Origin: an uncultured virus (IMG/VR IMGVR_UViG_3300027971_000050) | Taxonomy: Duplodnaviria; Heunggongvirae; Uroviricota; Caudoviricetes | DNA: 20,000 nucleotides | IMG/VR virus record: IMGVR_UViG_3300027971_000050 | Strand: one strand, 5' to 3' | In this document: positions 1-7,950 of the stretch, piece by piece | How positions within the stretch are numbered: the first letter of the stretch is position 1 | Layout: each line of letters starts with the position of its first letter | The notes under the pieces: model-generated | Databases searched by the model: none | What the model was told of the DNA's origin: nothing | Seen by the model: the letters and a program-made list of their open reading frames with translations, nothing else | Made by a program: the position numbers and the translations under genes

Positions 1-486
1 TTTATCGTGAATGGATTTTAAAAACGCACGTTGGCGGGGATCTTTAATACCTTCAGCATCAAGTGCTTTCTCAAACGTTTCAGGGCCACCTTCAAACTCG
101 TATCCTCGTAGTTCTTTGTATTTTTTCTTTAATCCCGTAAATACACCTTCAGCGTAGCCCGGCACTTGACCACCATCATCAAACGCAACGATACCGCCAC
201 CAGCCATGCCTTGCATGTTTTGGGCGGGGAGCTGACCAATACCACTGTCTTCCGGCAATGCTTGCTGTTGGGGTGCAAACATCTGTGCAATATCTTGGTC
301 AACCACTTTAGGCTGCGGCATAGCGCCAGCACCCTGAGCACCCATGCGCATTTGCTTGCGGCGGTTAGCTTCGGACAAAGCCAATGTCACGGTATAAGGA
401 TCGTTTTTGTGCATTGCAGCATATTGTTGCAATGCGTGGTCTGGCATCTTGGCCAGTTCCGATGTGATCTGGTTGACGTTAATCAT
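1..486 (-). CDS. Large ejection/internal virion protein, N-terminal part (runs off the window's left edge)
   Basis: Not in the ORF track. Own translation from ATG at 486 (RBS AAGGA upstream) is open to position 1: MINVNQITSELAKMPDHALQQYAAMHKNDPY...GMAGGGIVAFDDGGQVPGYAEG...ALDAEGIKDPRQRAFLKSIHDK. Q/M/A-rich, and directly follows the DNA-transfer-like gene. Confidence 0.75.
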   Translation of the reverse strand, partial: MINVNQITSELAKMPDHALQQYAAMHKNDPYTVTLALSEANRRKQMRMGAQGAGAMPQPKVVDQDIAQMFAPQQQALPEDSGIGQLPAQNMQGMAGGGIVAFDDGGQVPGYAEGVFTGLKKKYKELRGYEFEGGPETFEKALDAEGIKDPRQRAFLKSIHDK

Positions 487-495
487 GGATATTCC

Positions 496-1461
496 TTACT
501 GCATTTTCATCAGTGCCAACTCAGCCAAACCTGCTGGGCGTTTTTCTTTTACTTGACCACCTTTTGCAGCGCCCAGCTTTCCAGCAATACCCGCCGTGGT
601 CAAACCCAAACCGCCAAGCTGTGTCAGAGGGTTGGGAGCCGCTTGGTATCCTTGAACTGTGGTGGACTGCATTGGCAAGCCGCGCAGTAAGTTATTCATG
701 TTGGCCAACTGCATCATCGGGTACTGCTGCTGCGTAGCATAGTTCTGAATCTGCTGGTTAATCTTTGACTGTTCAAGCTGTTGCTGTTGACCGCCCAGTT
801 GATTTTGTAAACCAATCAAGCCTGTCTGTTGGCCAAACCCCGTGTTGTACTGGTTCTGGGCGCTGTTAAATGCGTTTTGCATACCTTGCGACACGATGTC
901 GCCTTGCAGTTGGCCAAGGTTGCGCTCACGTTCCGCACGCATGATTGCGTCGCGTCCACCACCAAATGCCCCAGCTTGTGTTGCCTGTGCTTGCTGTTGT
1001 TGACCTTGAATGTCAGAACTCCGCGCTGCTTCACGCAACTGAGGTTGCAGTGCTTGCTGGATAAATGGCGACATGTATGCGCCAACATCTTGTTGAAACC
1101 CTTGTGGCCCTGCTTGCATACCCTGCGCAGACTGCATAGCGTTTTGCTGCATAGGTGAAAACCCTGCTATATAAGCATTTGGGTCTTGGCTATACGGCGT
1201 GTACGGCTTCATAGTCGTAGGTTCGCCTTGGTCGTTGTAGTTATATATTTGCTGCTGGGCAGTGCCCAACATAGTCTCTACATACGGCTGTGCATACTCA
1301 GGAATATTTGTTGAGTACGTTGTATTTTGTGTTGGTGCGGGTGATCCGCCGTCGCTTCCGCCTCCGCCATAGATTACGCGACCGCCTTCTTTGCGTGTGA
1401 CACTTTCGCCAAGGAATTCACCCAAAGCATAAAGCTCGCGGCGTGAGTATTGCGTTTTCAT
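496..1461 (-). CDS. DNA transfer/ejection protein (P22 gp7-like position and composition)
   Basis: 321 aa, Gln/Gly/Ala-rich, with an N-terminal leader ending in YGGGGS, the motif QAGAFGGGR and a C-terminal Gly-rich hydrophobic segment (LGGLGLTTAGIAG). Lies downstream of a GNAT-like gene, as in P22/T7-type ejection modules. Confidence 0.7.
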   Translation of the reverse strand: MKTQYSRRELYALGEFLGESVTRKEGGRVIYGGGGSDGGSPAPTQNTTYSTNIPEYAQPYVETMLGTAQQQIYNYNDQGEPTTMKPYTPYSQDPNAYIAGFSPMQQNAMQSAQGMQAGPQGFQQDVGAYMSPFIQQALQPQLREAARSSDIQGQQQQAQATQAGAFGGGRDAIMRAERERNLGQLQGDIVSQGMQNAFNSAQNQYNTGFGQQTGLIGLQNQLGGQQQQLEQSKINQQIQNYATQQQYPMMQLANMNNLLRGLPMQSTTVQGYQAAPNPLTQLGGLGLTTAGIAGKLGAAKGGQVKEKRPAGLAELALMKMQ

Positions 1462-1865
1462 ATCTTCACCTCTACTATTGCATAGCGTTCTACGAAGTCA
1501 AATTTCTTTGCAAACCTTGCCATAGCGGGTCGCACAGCGCCTTGGATCTTGGTAGCGCCAAAACCTTTTAGGACGGCTTTCAGTTTCTCCATCATGTCGT
1601 CACTGGTAATCAAGTTCCCACCCATCGTAGTAATAAACGCTATCCTATCGTTTGGGTAGTTCTGAAAAGTCACGGTTGCCGCGCCTTGGATTTTATTGTT
1701 CTCGTCCACTGCTACCAACAATGTCCACAAGTTCTTTGCCAAATAAACTTTTATCTGGTCTGTGTTGTAGTCCCCGCCCCCAAACTTTTCAGCCGAAGCT
1801 ATATACGACTCCACCAACGGCCAAGTCTGCGCTACATACTCAACGGGGACGTGTTGAACAATCAT
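1458..1865 (-). CDS. Phage GNAT-fold (acetyltransferase-like) virion assembly protein, P22 gp14/T7 gp13-like position
   Basis: 135 aa with an alternating alpha/beta pattern (WPLVESYI, WTLLVAVD, AFITTMGG, GATKIQGAVR). 4-bp overlaps with both neighbours. Confidence 0.6.
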   Translation of the reverse strand: MIVQHVPVEYVAQTWPLVESYIASAEKFGGGDYNTDQIKVYLAKNLWTLLVAVDENNKIQGAATVTFQNYPNDRIAFITTMGGNLITSDDMMEKLKAVLKGFGATKIQGAVRPAMARFAKKFDFVERYAIVEVKI

Positions 1866-2965
1866 ACGGGCATGTACTTATCTGCTTTGATCTGCTTGCC
1901 TTGTTTCTTGTTGCCTGTTCGTGCTTGACGAACTCTGTCCATCATCTTGTACAACTGTTTGGCACCTGCTTCAGACGAGCCATTACCGAGGTGGGAAACC
2001 ACGTCGGCAGGAACTACAAATTCTTCGTTGGCCAAACGTGCAGGTTGTTTATTAGCTATTGTCGCAGGAATATCGTCAGACATACCATCTCCGGGGCCTT
2101 TGAGCATGCGCCCACCATCAGAGTAACCGCCCAGATCAGCCAAACCGCCGTGCGCATAGCTTGTATATACAGGACGATATGGGTTTGCTGGAGGCTGCGC
2201 TACGTAGGGCGTGTAAGAAGATGGGTTGTAATGGAACTTGCTCAGAGGGCCAGAGTATTTTTCTGCGGCTGGAACGCCTTGTTTTTTACCAAAAAGTGCG
2301 TTTGCACCAAGCAAACCAGCGCCGCCGTAAAGTGCTTGTTTTTCTACAGGCAGATCTGAGAATTTGCCAGCAGCCCCTTTAATCATATTAAAAAGATTAC
2401 TTAAACCGCCGGTTGTGGGTGCAGTTGTTCCTGCGCCTTCCATTGTCATGGCCGATGGTAGATTGGGTGTTGGTGTTTGGGTCAGTTGATATGGCGCGTC
2501 GATGGCCGAGCCTGCTTGCACATTGGATGCAATCTCTCCTGCGGGTGGCATAACCGTACCACTAACATCGGCCACAGTGTTATGCAAAAAGTTGTATTGC
2601 GCTTCGGTCATTGGTTGCGCAAGCTGAGTTGCGCCGGGTTGCGCTGATAAAACGGCTTGTTGCGTTTGCGCCAAAGCTTCTGGAGCCGCTGTTGCCAAAT
2701 TTTCAGCCAACGTAGGTACGGCGCTTTGTGCAGTTCCGGCCAACGAACCAAGCCCTTCACCTGTCAATCCAGTAAGCCCAGTCAAACCTTCCATACCGCC
2801 CAAACTGCCAAGGCCGGAAAAAGCAGCTTCTGTACCAAACTCAGAACCTAAAGTGCCAAGTAATTCAGGAGCCAGTAATTCAGGAGCCAGTACTTCAGAA
2901 GCAAGCGCAGTAGTACCTACTTCAGCAGCACCAGCTTCAAGTAAAAGAGGTTCAAATCCAGACAT
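1862..2965 (-). CDS. Putative internal virion/ejection protein with a C-terminal tape-measure-like 'xxGG-GPG-SD-IPA-EFV' domain
   Basis: 367 aa. Low-complexity acidic Gly/Ala N-terminus; C-terminus YAHGG..YSDGGRMLKGPGDGMSDDIPA..ARLANEEFVVPADVVSHLGNGSS. RBS GAGG before the ATG. Confidence 0.7.
   Translation of the reverse strand: MSGFEPLLLEAGAAEVGTTALASEVLAPELLAPELLGTLGSEFGTEAAFSGLGSLGGMEGLTGLTGLTGEGLGSLAGTAQSAVPTLAENLATAAPEALAQTQQAVLSAQPGATQLAQPMTEAQYNFLHNTVADVSGTVMPPAGEIASNVQAGSAIDAPYQLTQTPTPNLPSAMTMEGAGTTAPTTGGLSNLFNMIKGAAGKFSDLPVEKQALYGGAGLLGANALFGKKQGVPAAEKYSGPLSKFHYNPSSYTPYVAQPPANPYRPVYTSYAHGGLADLGGYSDGGRMLKGPGDGMSDDIPATIANKQPARLANEEFVVPADVVSHLGNGSSEAGAKQLYKMMDRVRQARTGNKKQGKQIKADKYMPV
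2859..2892. repeat. 15-bp tandem repeat (agtaattcaggagcc x2 plus partial) encoding LAPEL-LAPEL
   Basis: Read directly from the sequence; in frame within the 367-aa gene. Confidence 0.85.
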
Positions 2966-2992
2966 AATTACCTCGCAGTTTGGGGATAGTGG

Positions 2993-3021
2993 ACTTTATC
3001 ATGTTGGAAGCCTTGAGACAA
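2993..3021 (-). promoter_or_regulatory. Sigma70-like promoter for the ejection module: -35 TTGTCT, 17-bp spacer, extended -10 TGa-TAAAGT
   Basis: On the minus strand, -35 at 3021-3016, TG at 3001-3000, -10 at 2998-2993. The -10 lies in one of the few intergenic gaps. Confidence 0.55.
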
Positions 3022-3655
3022 ATGAAAGTGTTGCTACGACAGACTGGGTGGCTGGTTTGGTTGGCGATGCAGACGCGGGATAATATTGAATAGAAACATT
3101 CGCGCTAGTAGTTGACCAGTAGATTTCTATGTATTGCCCAACCGTCATGCTTACAAAGTAGTTCCATCCATAAATACCGTGAAACGGGTCGCCCGGGCTT
3201 TTTCTAGCAGGCATACCTATTTTACCTGTAGAGCCAGCAATGTCTACGCCGTTTTGTTTAAGCCAAATATAAACATCTTGGGATGCGCTATCTGCATTTT
3301 TTAATTGAACGCTAAATTGAAGGTTGTATATACCCGCGTTGGCTACAGTAATTTTGGATGAGGATATAGATACACCATTAGAAAAATCTGTGGTATCCAA
3401 CGTCATCAAGGTGGCTGTGTTGGCTGTTGTAGTTTGATCTACCCCGCTTGAAAAAGCACCATAAGGAAACTTTAAATACTTGCCGCCAGTTGTCCCAAGC
3501 AAAGAACCGAACGCATTGTCCAGTTGATTGAAGTACAAGCGCAAAATATTTTCAAACTGATCTTGGAACTGACGCTCATACTCAGTCGGGGCAAGCGGCA
3601 AATTAGGCGCTACCGGATTGGTAAAGTCAAGTGTTTTTGGATCAAAGGCAGCCAT
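2999..3655 (-). CDS. Tail needle/plug-like protein with a C1q/TNF-like beta-sandwich knob
   Basis: 218 aa. N-terminal helix (PNLPLAPTEY..LRLYFNQLD) followed by YGAF..ITVANAGIYNLQFSVQL, typical of C1q-like knobs. Immediately downstream of the nozzle gene, where P22 gp26 lies. Confidence 0.55.
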   Translation of the reverse strand: MAAFDPKTLDFTNPVAPNLPLAPTEYERQFQDQFENILRLYFNQLDNAFGSLLGTTGGKYLKFPYGAFSSGVDQTTTANTATLMTLDTTDFSNGVSISSSKITVANAGIYNLQFSVQLKNADSASQDVYIWLKQNGVDIAGSTGKIGMPARKSPGDPFHGIYGWNYFVSMTVGQYIEIYWSTTSANVSIQYYPASASPTKPATQSVVATLSFVSRLPT

Positions 3656-6261
3656 CAGCGTCTTCCGTCTGGTCTGATGTCAATGCGGGGAGCGCCAAGC
3701 TGCCATGTCGTACCAATTTGGTTGGATAAAATCTTCAGCGACATTTGACGACCACGAACCCTTGTGTAGATCTGCCCTGTGAACTGATCCACTGTGTATG
3801 TACCGACACGGTCTACGTTAGCGTAGCTAACACCGCCAACAGACTGATTACCTGATTCAACTGGATCGTTGTAACCAGAACCTGAGTTTTGAAGCGGCAG
3901 TAAGTACATTGTGACTTGCGGAGTCTCCCCTGTAGTAGACGACCCACGGAAGGTAAGGTCAGGCACGATACGCCAGACAAACCCAAAGTTGTGTCCATCC
4001 CCAATGTCGTACTGCGATGAGGTGATGTATGCTTCAATTGGTAGCGTTGTGCTGGTGGTGTTGTCGTCAATACCGTATTCATGGTAGACCAAGTTGTAGC
4101 TGTACGTGGCGGCAAGCGGGTAGTTAGTCAGCCCAAAATCCAGCCATGCAGTCCTGCCCATTGAGCCGTAGTACCACACATCTTCCACGTAGTTATACAC
4201 AACGTAACGATCAAGCACTGCTGAATCAGCGGTACAGTAAAACCACCAAACCTCATTAAAGCCTTCGTTTGTTCCGGCAAAGAACTGCGCCTGTTGGTCA
4301 AGGTTGATATCGCTGTAAATGAACTGGCGCAAGTCACAGCGTAGCGTGGAAACTCGACCGTCATATTTATAAAACTTGTCTACGCCCATCCAGTAAACAA
4401 TGCCAGACGCAATGATGGCAGTGTTATACCCCGCAATAGATACGTTATCTCCAAGAAGCTGAGTACCCCAGACATAGGGTGGGCCAAGGTACTGAAGTGA
4501 ATAAAGTGATGTATCTGTAAAAACAACAATCTCTTGGCGCGTTTGCACAGCCGTCAAGATTTGAGAACCATGAGACAGACGCAAATAACCCGCTTGGTTG
4601 GTAACTGCCGGAGTCCAATTAACCACAGATTCCTGATCTGTCCACCGGATCAACATTGGATCTATCGTTGGATCTGTTGCTCCGTAAACCGAACACCCAA
4701 AGGCAATGGTGAAACGGCTGGCATCTGACACCATTACAAAATTAGCGTAGGTTGGCACATTGGATGCGCCGCCAAGAGCACTTACAGGTATTCCGTTTGG
4801 CGCAAGGTAATGTGTTCCAGACTGCGTCCCAGAAAGCGTAATTATCGTAGGAATGGCTGCTATTGCGTTAGCATATGTGGTGGCAAGTTTAAAAGTGCTT
4901 CCAGAAATGCTGGTTGCAAAATAAGTAGTGCCGATAGTTAAGCCTGTTGGTAAAGTTCCTGTGGATGTCAACACAACGGCTGTTCCAACCACAAGTGTGC
5001 CGCTAACTAGCGTAAATGTGCTTGTGGCAATTGTTACGGTGAACTGAGAGGGCGTTACGCCAATTGCAGCGTTCCAGTAGTACAACGGGCCACCACGATA
5101 GCCGTATATCAAATCCTGTCCAAAGTTGTTTTGATACCAGAGCCGTAGTTTTCTTGTGCCCGATTGACCTGAACCCCAAGCGCCTTTGCCCCAACCACCA
5201 GCGCCCCATCCTGTAATAGGTTGTGCTGTTTCTGCGCCAACAGGGATTTGATACGCAGCATTCACATTACCGCCGTTACCTGTGTCATAGGTTCCGGCAG
5301 TAACAGCTGTGTATATGAGGTAGTTATTTACGCCTGTTACAACTACTGGATAAGATGTGTTCAAAATATCCGCCGTCATCCCGCTGTTTACATACAGCGA
5401 AAATGTGCCTGACCCAGCACTTGAAGTTACAACAGGTGCTCCGTTTGGAGATAGCGCAAAAGTGACTGTAGTGCCAGAAACAACGTTGATGTAATACATT
5501 GCGCCAGCAACTAAACCTGTTGGCAATGTTCCAGAAGAAGACAACACAACCGGTGTGTTGGCTGCTAAAGCTGTTGTAAGTATGAAGTTTGTTGTTGTCG
5601 AACGCGTAAACGTCTGTCTACTAAGCGCATACGATCCTGAAAAGTTAGCAAAATCTCCAGTGGTGCAGCCGTTACTTGCGCTGGTCACGTTAACCGTATT
5701 AGATGTTATGCTGTGTGTACCGCCCTGCGTACCACTGGTATTGATTGCTTGGCCGCCATAGGTTAAAGATAGCTTACAAGTTAAGCCAGATGTGCCAATA
5801 ACGTAGTATGTTTGCCCTGCCACCAAACCCGTGGGCAGTGTTCCAGTAGTTGATAAGACAACCTGCATGCCGTCAGTTACGGCTGAAGTAAATGTCAACA
5901 CCGCAGGTGACGCAATTGTCACTGTAAAGTTTTGTGGGGGGTACGCTTTGAAAGGGCCAGAAAGCGCAGGCGAATACAAACGTATGGGGGTCACGTCGTT
6001 ATATGCCCCAGCCGCTTCAATGTAAAACTTTAAATGCGTACCAACGCCAACATACGTAATTCCAGCAAGAGATGCCCATGACCACAATGAGCGGCAAGTG
6101 CCTTCATATGTGTAAGAAGAGATACGGCTCCAACCACCAATTTTCTCAGGCGTACCTTGGCGGAAACGAATTTTGTCACAGTCATACCACCCACCCTCAT
6201 TGGTATAACGAGTGTTTTCCTTGTTTACACCGGGTTTAAGCAGTATCTTTTGTAATGGCAT
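3655..6261 (-). CDS. Tail nozzle/hub protein (tail tubular protein B / P22 gp10-like) with inserted beta modules
   Basis: 868 aa. N-terminus KPGVNKENT..GGWYDCDKIRFRQGTPEKIGGW; beta-propeller-like repeats (IRWTDQE, VYWMG..FYKYDG, FNEVWWFY, YVVYNY..WYYG); C-terminus RVRGRQ..DIRPDGRR. Confidence 0.75.
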   Translation of the reverse strand: MPLQKILLKPGVNKENTRYTNEGGWYDCDKIRFRQGTPEKIGGWSRISSYTYEGTCRSLWSWASLAGITYVGVGTHLKFYIEAAGAYNDVTPIRLYSPALSGPFKAYPPQNFTVTIASPAVLTFTSAVTDGMQVVLSTTGTLPTGLVAGQTYYVIGTSGLTCKLSLTYGGQAINTSGTQGGTHSITSNTVNVTSASNGCTTGDFANFSGSYALSRQTFTRSTTTNFILTTALAANTPVVLSSSGTLPTGLVAGAMYYINVVSGTTVTFALSPNGAPVVTSSAGSGTFSLYVNSGMTADILNTSYPVVVTGVNNYLIYTAVTAGTYDTGNGGNVNAAYQIPVGAETAQPITGWGAGGWGKGAWGSGQSGTRKLRLWYQNNFGQDLIYGYRGGPLYYWNAAIGVTPSQFTVTIATSTFTLVSGTLVVGTAVVLTSTGTLPTGLTIGTTYFATSISGSTFKLATTYANAIAAIPTIITLSGTQSGTHYLAPNGIPVSALGGASNVPTYANFVMVSDASRFTIAFGCSVYGATDPTIDPMLIRWTDQESVVNWTPAVTNQAGYLRLSHGSQILTAVQTRQEIVVFTDTSLYSLQYLGPPYVWGTQLLGDNVSIAGYNTAIIASGIVYWMGVDKFYKYDGRVSTLRCDLRQFIYSDINLDQQAQFFAGTNEGFNEVWWFYCTADSAVLDRYVVYNYVEDVWYYGSMGRTAWLDFGLTNYPLAATYSYNLVYHEYGIDDNTTSTTLPIEAYITSSQYDIGDGHNFGFVWRIVPDLTFRGSSTTGETPQVTMYLLPLQNSGSGYNDPVESGNQSVGGVSYANVDRVGTYTVDQFTGQIYTRVRGRQMSLKILSNQIGTTWQLGAPRIDIRPDGRR

Positions 6262-6263
6262 TT

Positions 6264-6605
6264 TTAACCCACGTTACGTTCAAAGTGAGGGCAATCTACC
6301 AGATTGGAAAAGTTTCCGCCCCAGCGGTTCTTGGTGTGCAGTGACTCCCAATATACTCCCAGCGGCGCAATGGTTGCCTTATCCCAGATTATCTTCCCAT
6401 CCTTAAAGAAGTTCAAGTCTATGGCGCAACGCTTTAGGTGTATAGAGTTCATGGTCTTGGAGCGACCTGTCTTGAAGTAAATGGCTTGCTGTTCAGGTGT
6501 ACGGGCAAGTTCCCCGCCTGTGACAACGAAACCTTGCTCTGTGGCGTACTGAATCAGTTTACACATGTCCAACAGGAATGCGGCTTGTTCTGTGTTTAAA
6601 CTCAT
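6264..6605 (-). CDS. Endolysin, peptidase M15 family (L-Ala-D-Glu peptidase-like)
   Basis: 113 aa with the zinc-peptidase motifs SIHLKRCAIDL (SxHxxxxAxD) and WGGNF..DCPHFE. Adjacent to the holin. Confidence 0.9.
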   Translation of the reverse strand: MSLNTEQAAFLLDMCKLIQYATEQGFVVTGGELARTPEQQAIYFKTGRSKTMNSIHLKRCAIDLNFFKDGKIIWDKATIAPLGVYWESLHTKNRWGGNFSNLVDCPHFERNVG

Positions 6606-7111
6606 TTCTTCCTCATTTCTGCCAGTTTCTCAACTGTGCGTCCACCAAAGTATGCGCCCATGATAAGCATTCCCCAGTTGCCGAGCAGTGTGACGTATGA
6701 CTCATTAGCGTTATAGCCGAACGCAGACATCATGGCAAACAGGAAATATCCCAAAAAAATGGCAATTAAGCTCATGGGGCGGATGTTCTTGGACAGCCAG
6801 CTATCACTGCTCATGTCCGCTTCCCAGCGGTTTGTGATGTTGTCGGCGTCGTTTTGAGCGGCCTTTGCCAGAAGATCAAGTTCAGCCAATTCCATCTTGG
6901 CTTTCTCAATACCCAACTCAAGGAGCTTTTCCTCATGGGCAAACTGCAACTCCCGCAACTTGGCAACATCTTCTGCGCTGGGGTTATCAGGAATCTTCAC
7001 GCCAAGCGTGTTCTCAACCACCTCTTTGCCTTTGGCTTGGATGGCGCTAGATAGTAACCCTAGTCCGTTTTGGGCAAGGCTACCGAGGAGGGTTGCGATT
7101 ATTGGAATCAT
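6602..7111 (-). CDS. Holin (GTA 3TM holin-like)
   Basis: Start placed at ATG 7111 (AAGGA RBS; MIPIIATLL...). Contains RW..D..SDSWLSKNIRP followed by two hydrophobic helices and YFGGRTVEK. Confidence 0.8.
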   Translation of the reverse strand: MIPIIATLLGSLAQNGLGLLSSAIQAKGKEVVENTLGVKIPDNPSAEDVAKLRELQFAHEEKLLELGIEKAKMELAELDLLAKAAQNDADNITNRWEADMSSDSWLSKNIRPMSLIAIFLGYFLFAMMSAFGYNANESYVTLLGNWGMLIMGAYFGGRTVEKLAEMRKK

Positions 7112-7385
7112 CTCTTTCCTTTCTTTCAAGCTCTCGCCTGAGTTTCTCTACCTTTTCTACCTGCGCTTTGACCTCATGCTTGGCTTCCAGAATATCCAGA
7201 TACAGCATACCCAAAAGAGGTAGCATCAAACCCACCAAAATCAAAGCAGCTACCCAACCCATTACGTCTTCCCCCATCGGTTTAAAAGAAGAAGCCACAT
7301 CCAAACGTACAGGAGGAATATAGAAGTCACGATCAGGTACGCTGACTTTGCCCGAAGGTTTCGTTTTGCCTCCTGCCGTTGCCAT
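7080..7385 (-). CDS. Single-TM coiled-coil membrane protein in the lysis cassette (start uncertain; alternative ATGs downstream)
   Basis: GWVAALILVGLMLPLLGMLYL TM segment followed by a charged coiled coil. Overlaps both neighbours. Confidence 0.6.
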   Translation of the reverse strand: MATAGGKTKPSGKVSVPDRDFYIPPVRLDVASSFKPMGEDVMGWVAALILVGLMLPLLGMLYLDILEAKHEVKAQVEKVEKLRRELERKERDDSNNRNPPR

Positions 7386-7942
7386 TGCTTGTACCTCTGC
7401 TGTGCTTCTTGTTTCAACCTTGCCTGTTCCTGCTCCTGACCAATGATTTCCCGCATCTCAAACACTCTGCTGTACAGCGCCCCAAGCTCAGGCGGGGATT
7501 GGTACACCATCGTTTCTCTGACCGTTACTATCAGTTCTGCCATCTGCTGCTGCGCCATCACTCTTTGCAACGCAGCTTCCATCAAGTTGGCCTCTGGGTC
7601 ATAGACGTTTCTGGACTTCTCTTCTGCCTCCCGAATGTGCGTTGCTAACTGCTCTTCAAGCCTGAACAGCTTTGTAAGCTGACTGACAATGTCTGCCATG
7701 ACTTGGGTTTCGTCAACGGCAACGAACTTCTCCTTCTTTTTCTCCACAGGCTTGGACGGGGCTGGGTCTGTTCCAAACAGCTTTTGCCAAAAACTCCGAA
7801 CCTGCTTTGCATCTGAGACAATTTCATCGACAGTCTTCTTAACTTCCATGAAAGAAGTTTTAGCGTCCTTGTACAGCTTGCATCCTTGCTTAATAGCAGC
7901 AACACAAGCATTTGCGGCAAAGAGAATACTGATCGGATCAAT
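7262..7942 (-). CDS. Coiled-coil protein with a C-terminal TM helix, probable ATT start (226 aa)
   Basis: The frame of the tracked 195-aa ORF is open upstream to ATT at 7942 ((M)DPISILFAANACVAAIKQGCKLYK..). An in-frame TGA lies two codons earlier and SD GAGGTG is at 7952-7947. C-terminal TM: AYLIVTSIFLLYVWMWLLLL. Confidence 0.7.
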   Translation of the reverse strand: MDPISILFAANACVAAIKQGCKLYKDAKTSFMEVKKTVDEIVSDAKQVRSFWQKLFGTDPAPSKPVEKKKEKFVAVDETQVMADIVSQLTKLFRLEEQLATHIREAEEKSRNVYDPEANLMEAALQRVMAQQQMAELIVTVRETMVYQSPPELGALYSRVFEMREIIGQEQEQARLKQEAQQRYKQWQRQEAKRNLRAKSAYLIVTSIFLLYVWMWLLLLNRWGKT

Positions 7943-7950
7943 TTTTCACC

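Noticed and set aside
2740..2892. Short repeats (LAPEL x2, GLT x3) as a regulatory or contingency locus
   Set aside because: They are in-frame, low-copy repeats inside a low-complexity protein region, and unit changes would not shift the frame.
7080..7385. Canonical o-spanin (Rz1) call for the overlapped ORF
   Set aside because: The protein has no cysteine or lipobox, so it cannot be a lipoprotein.
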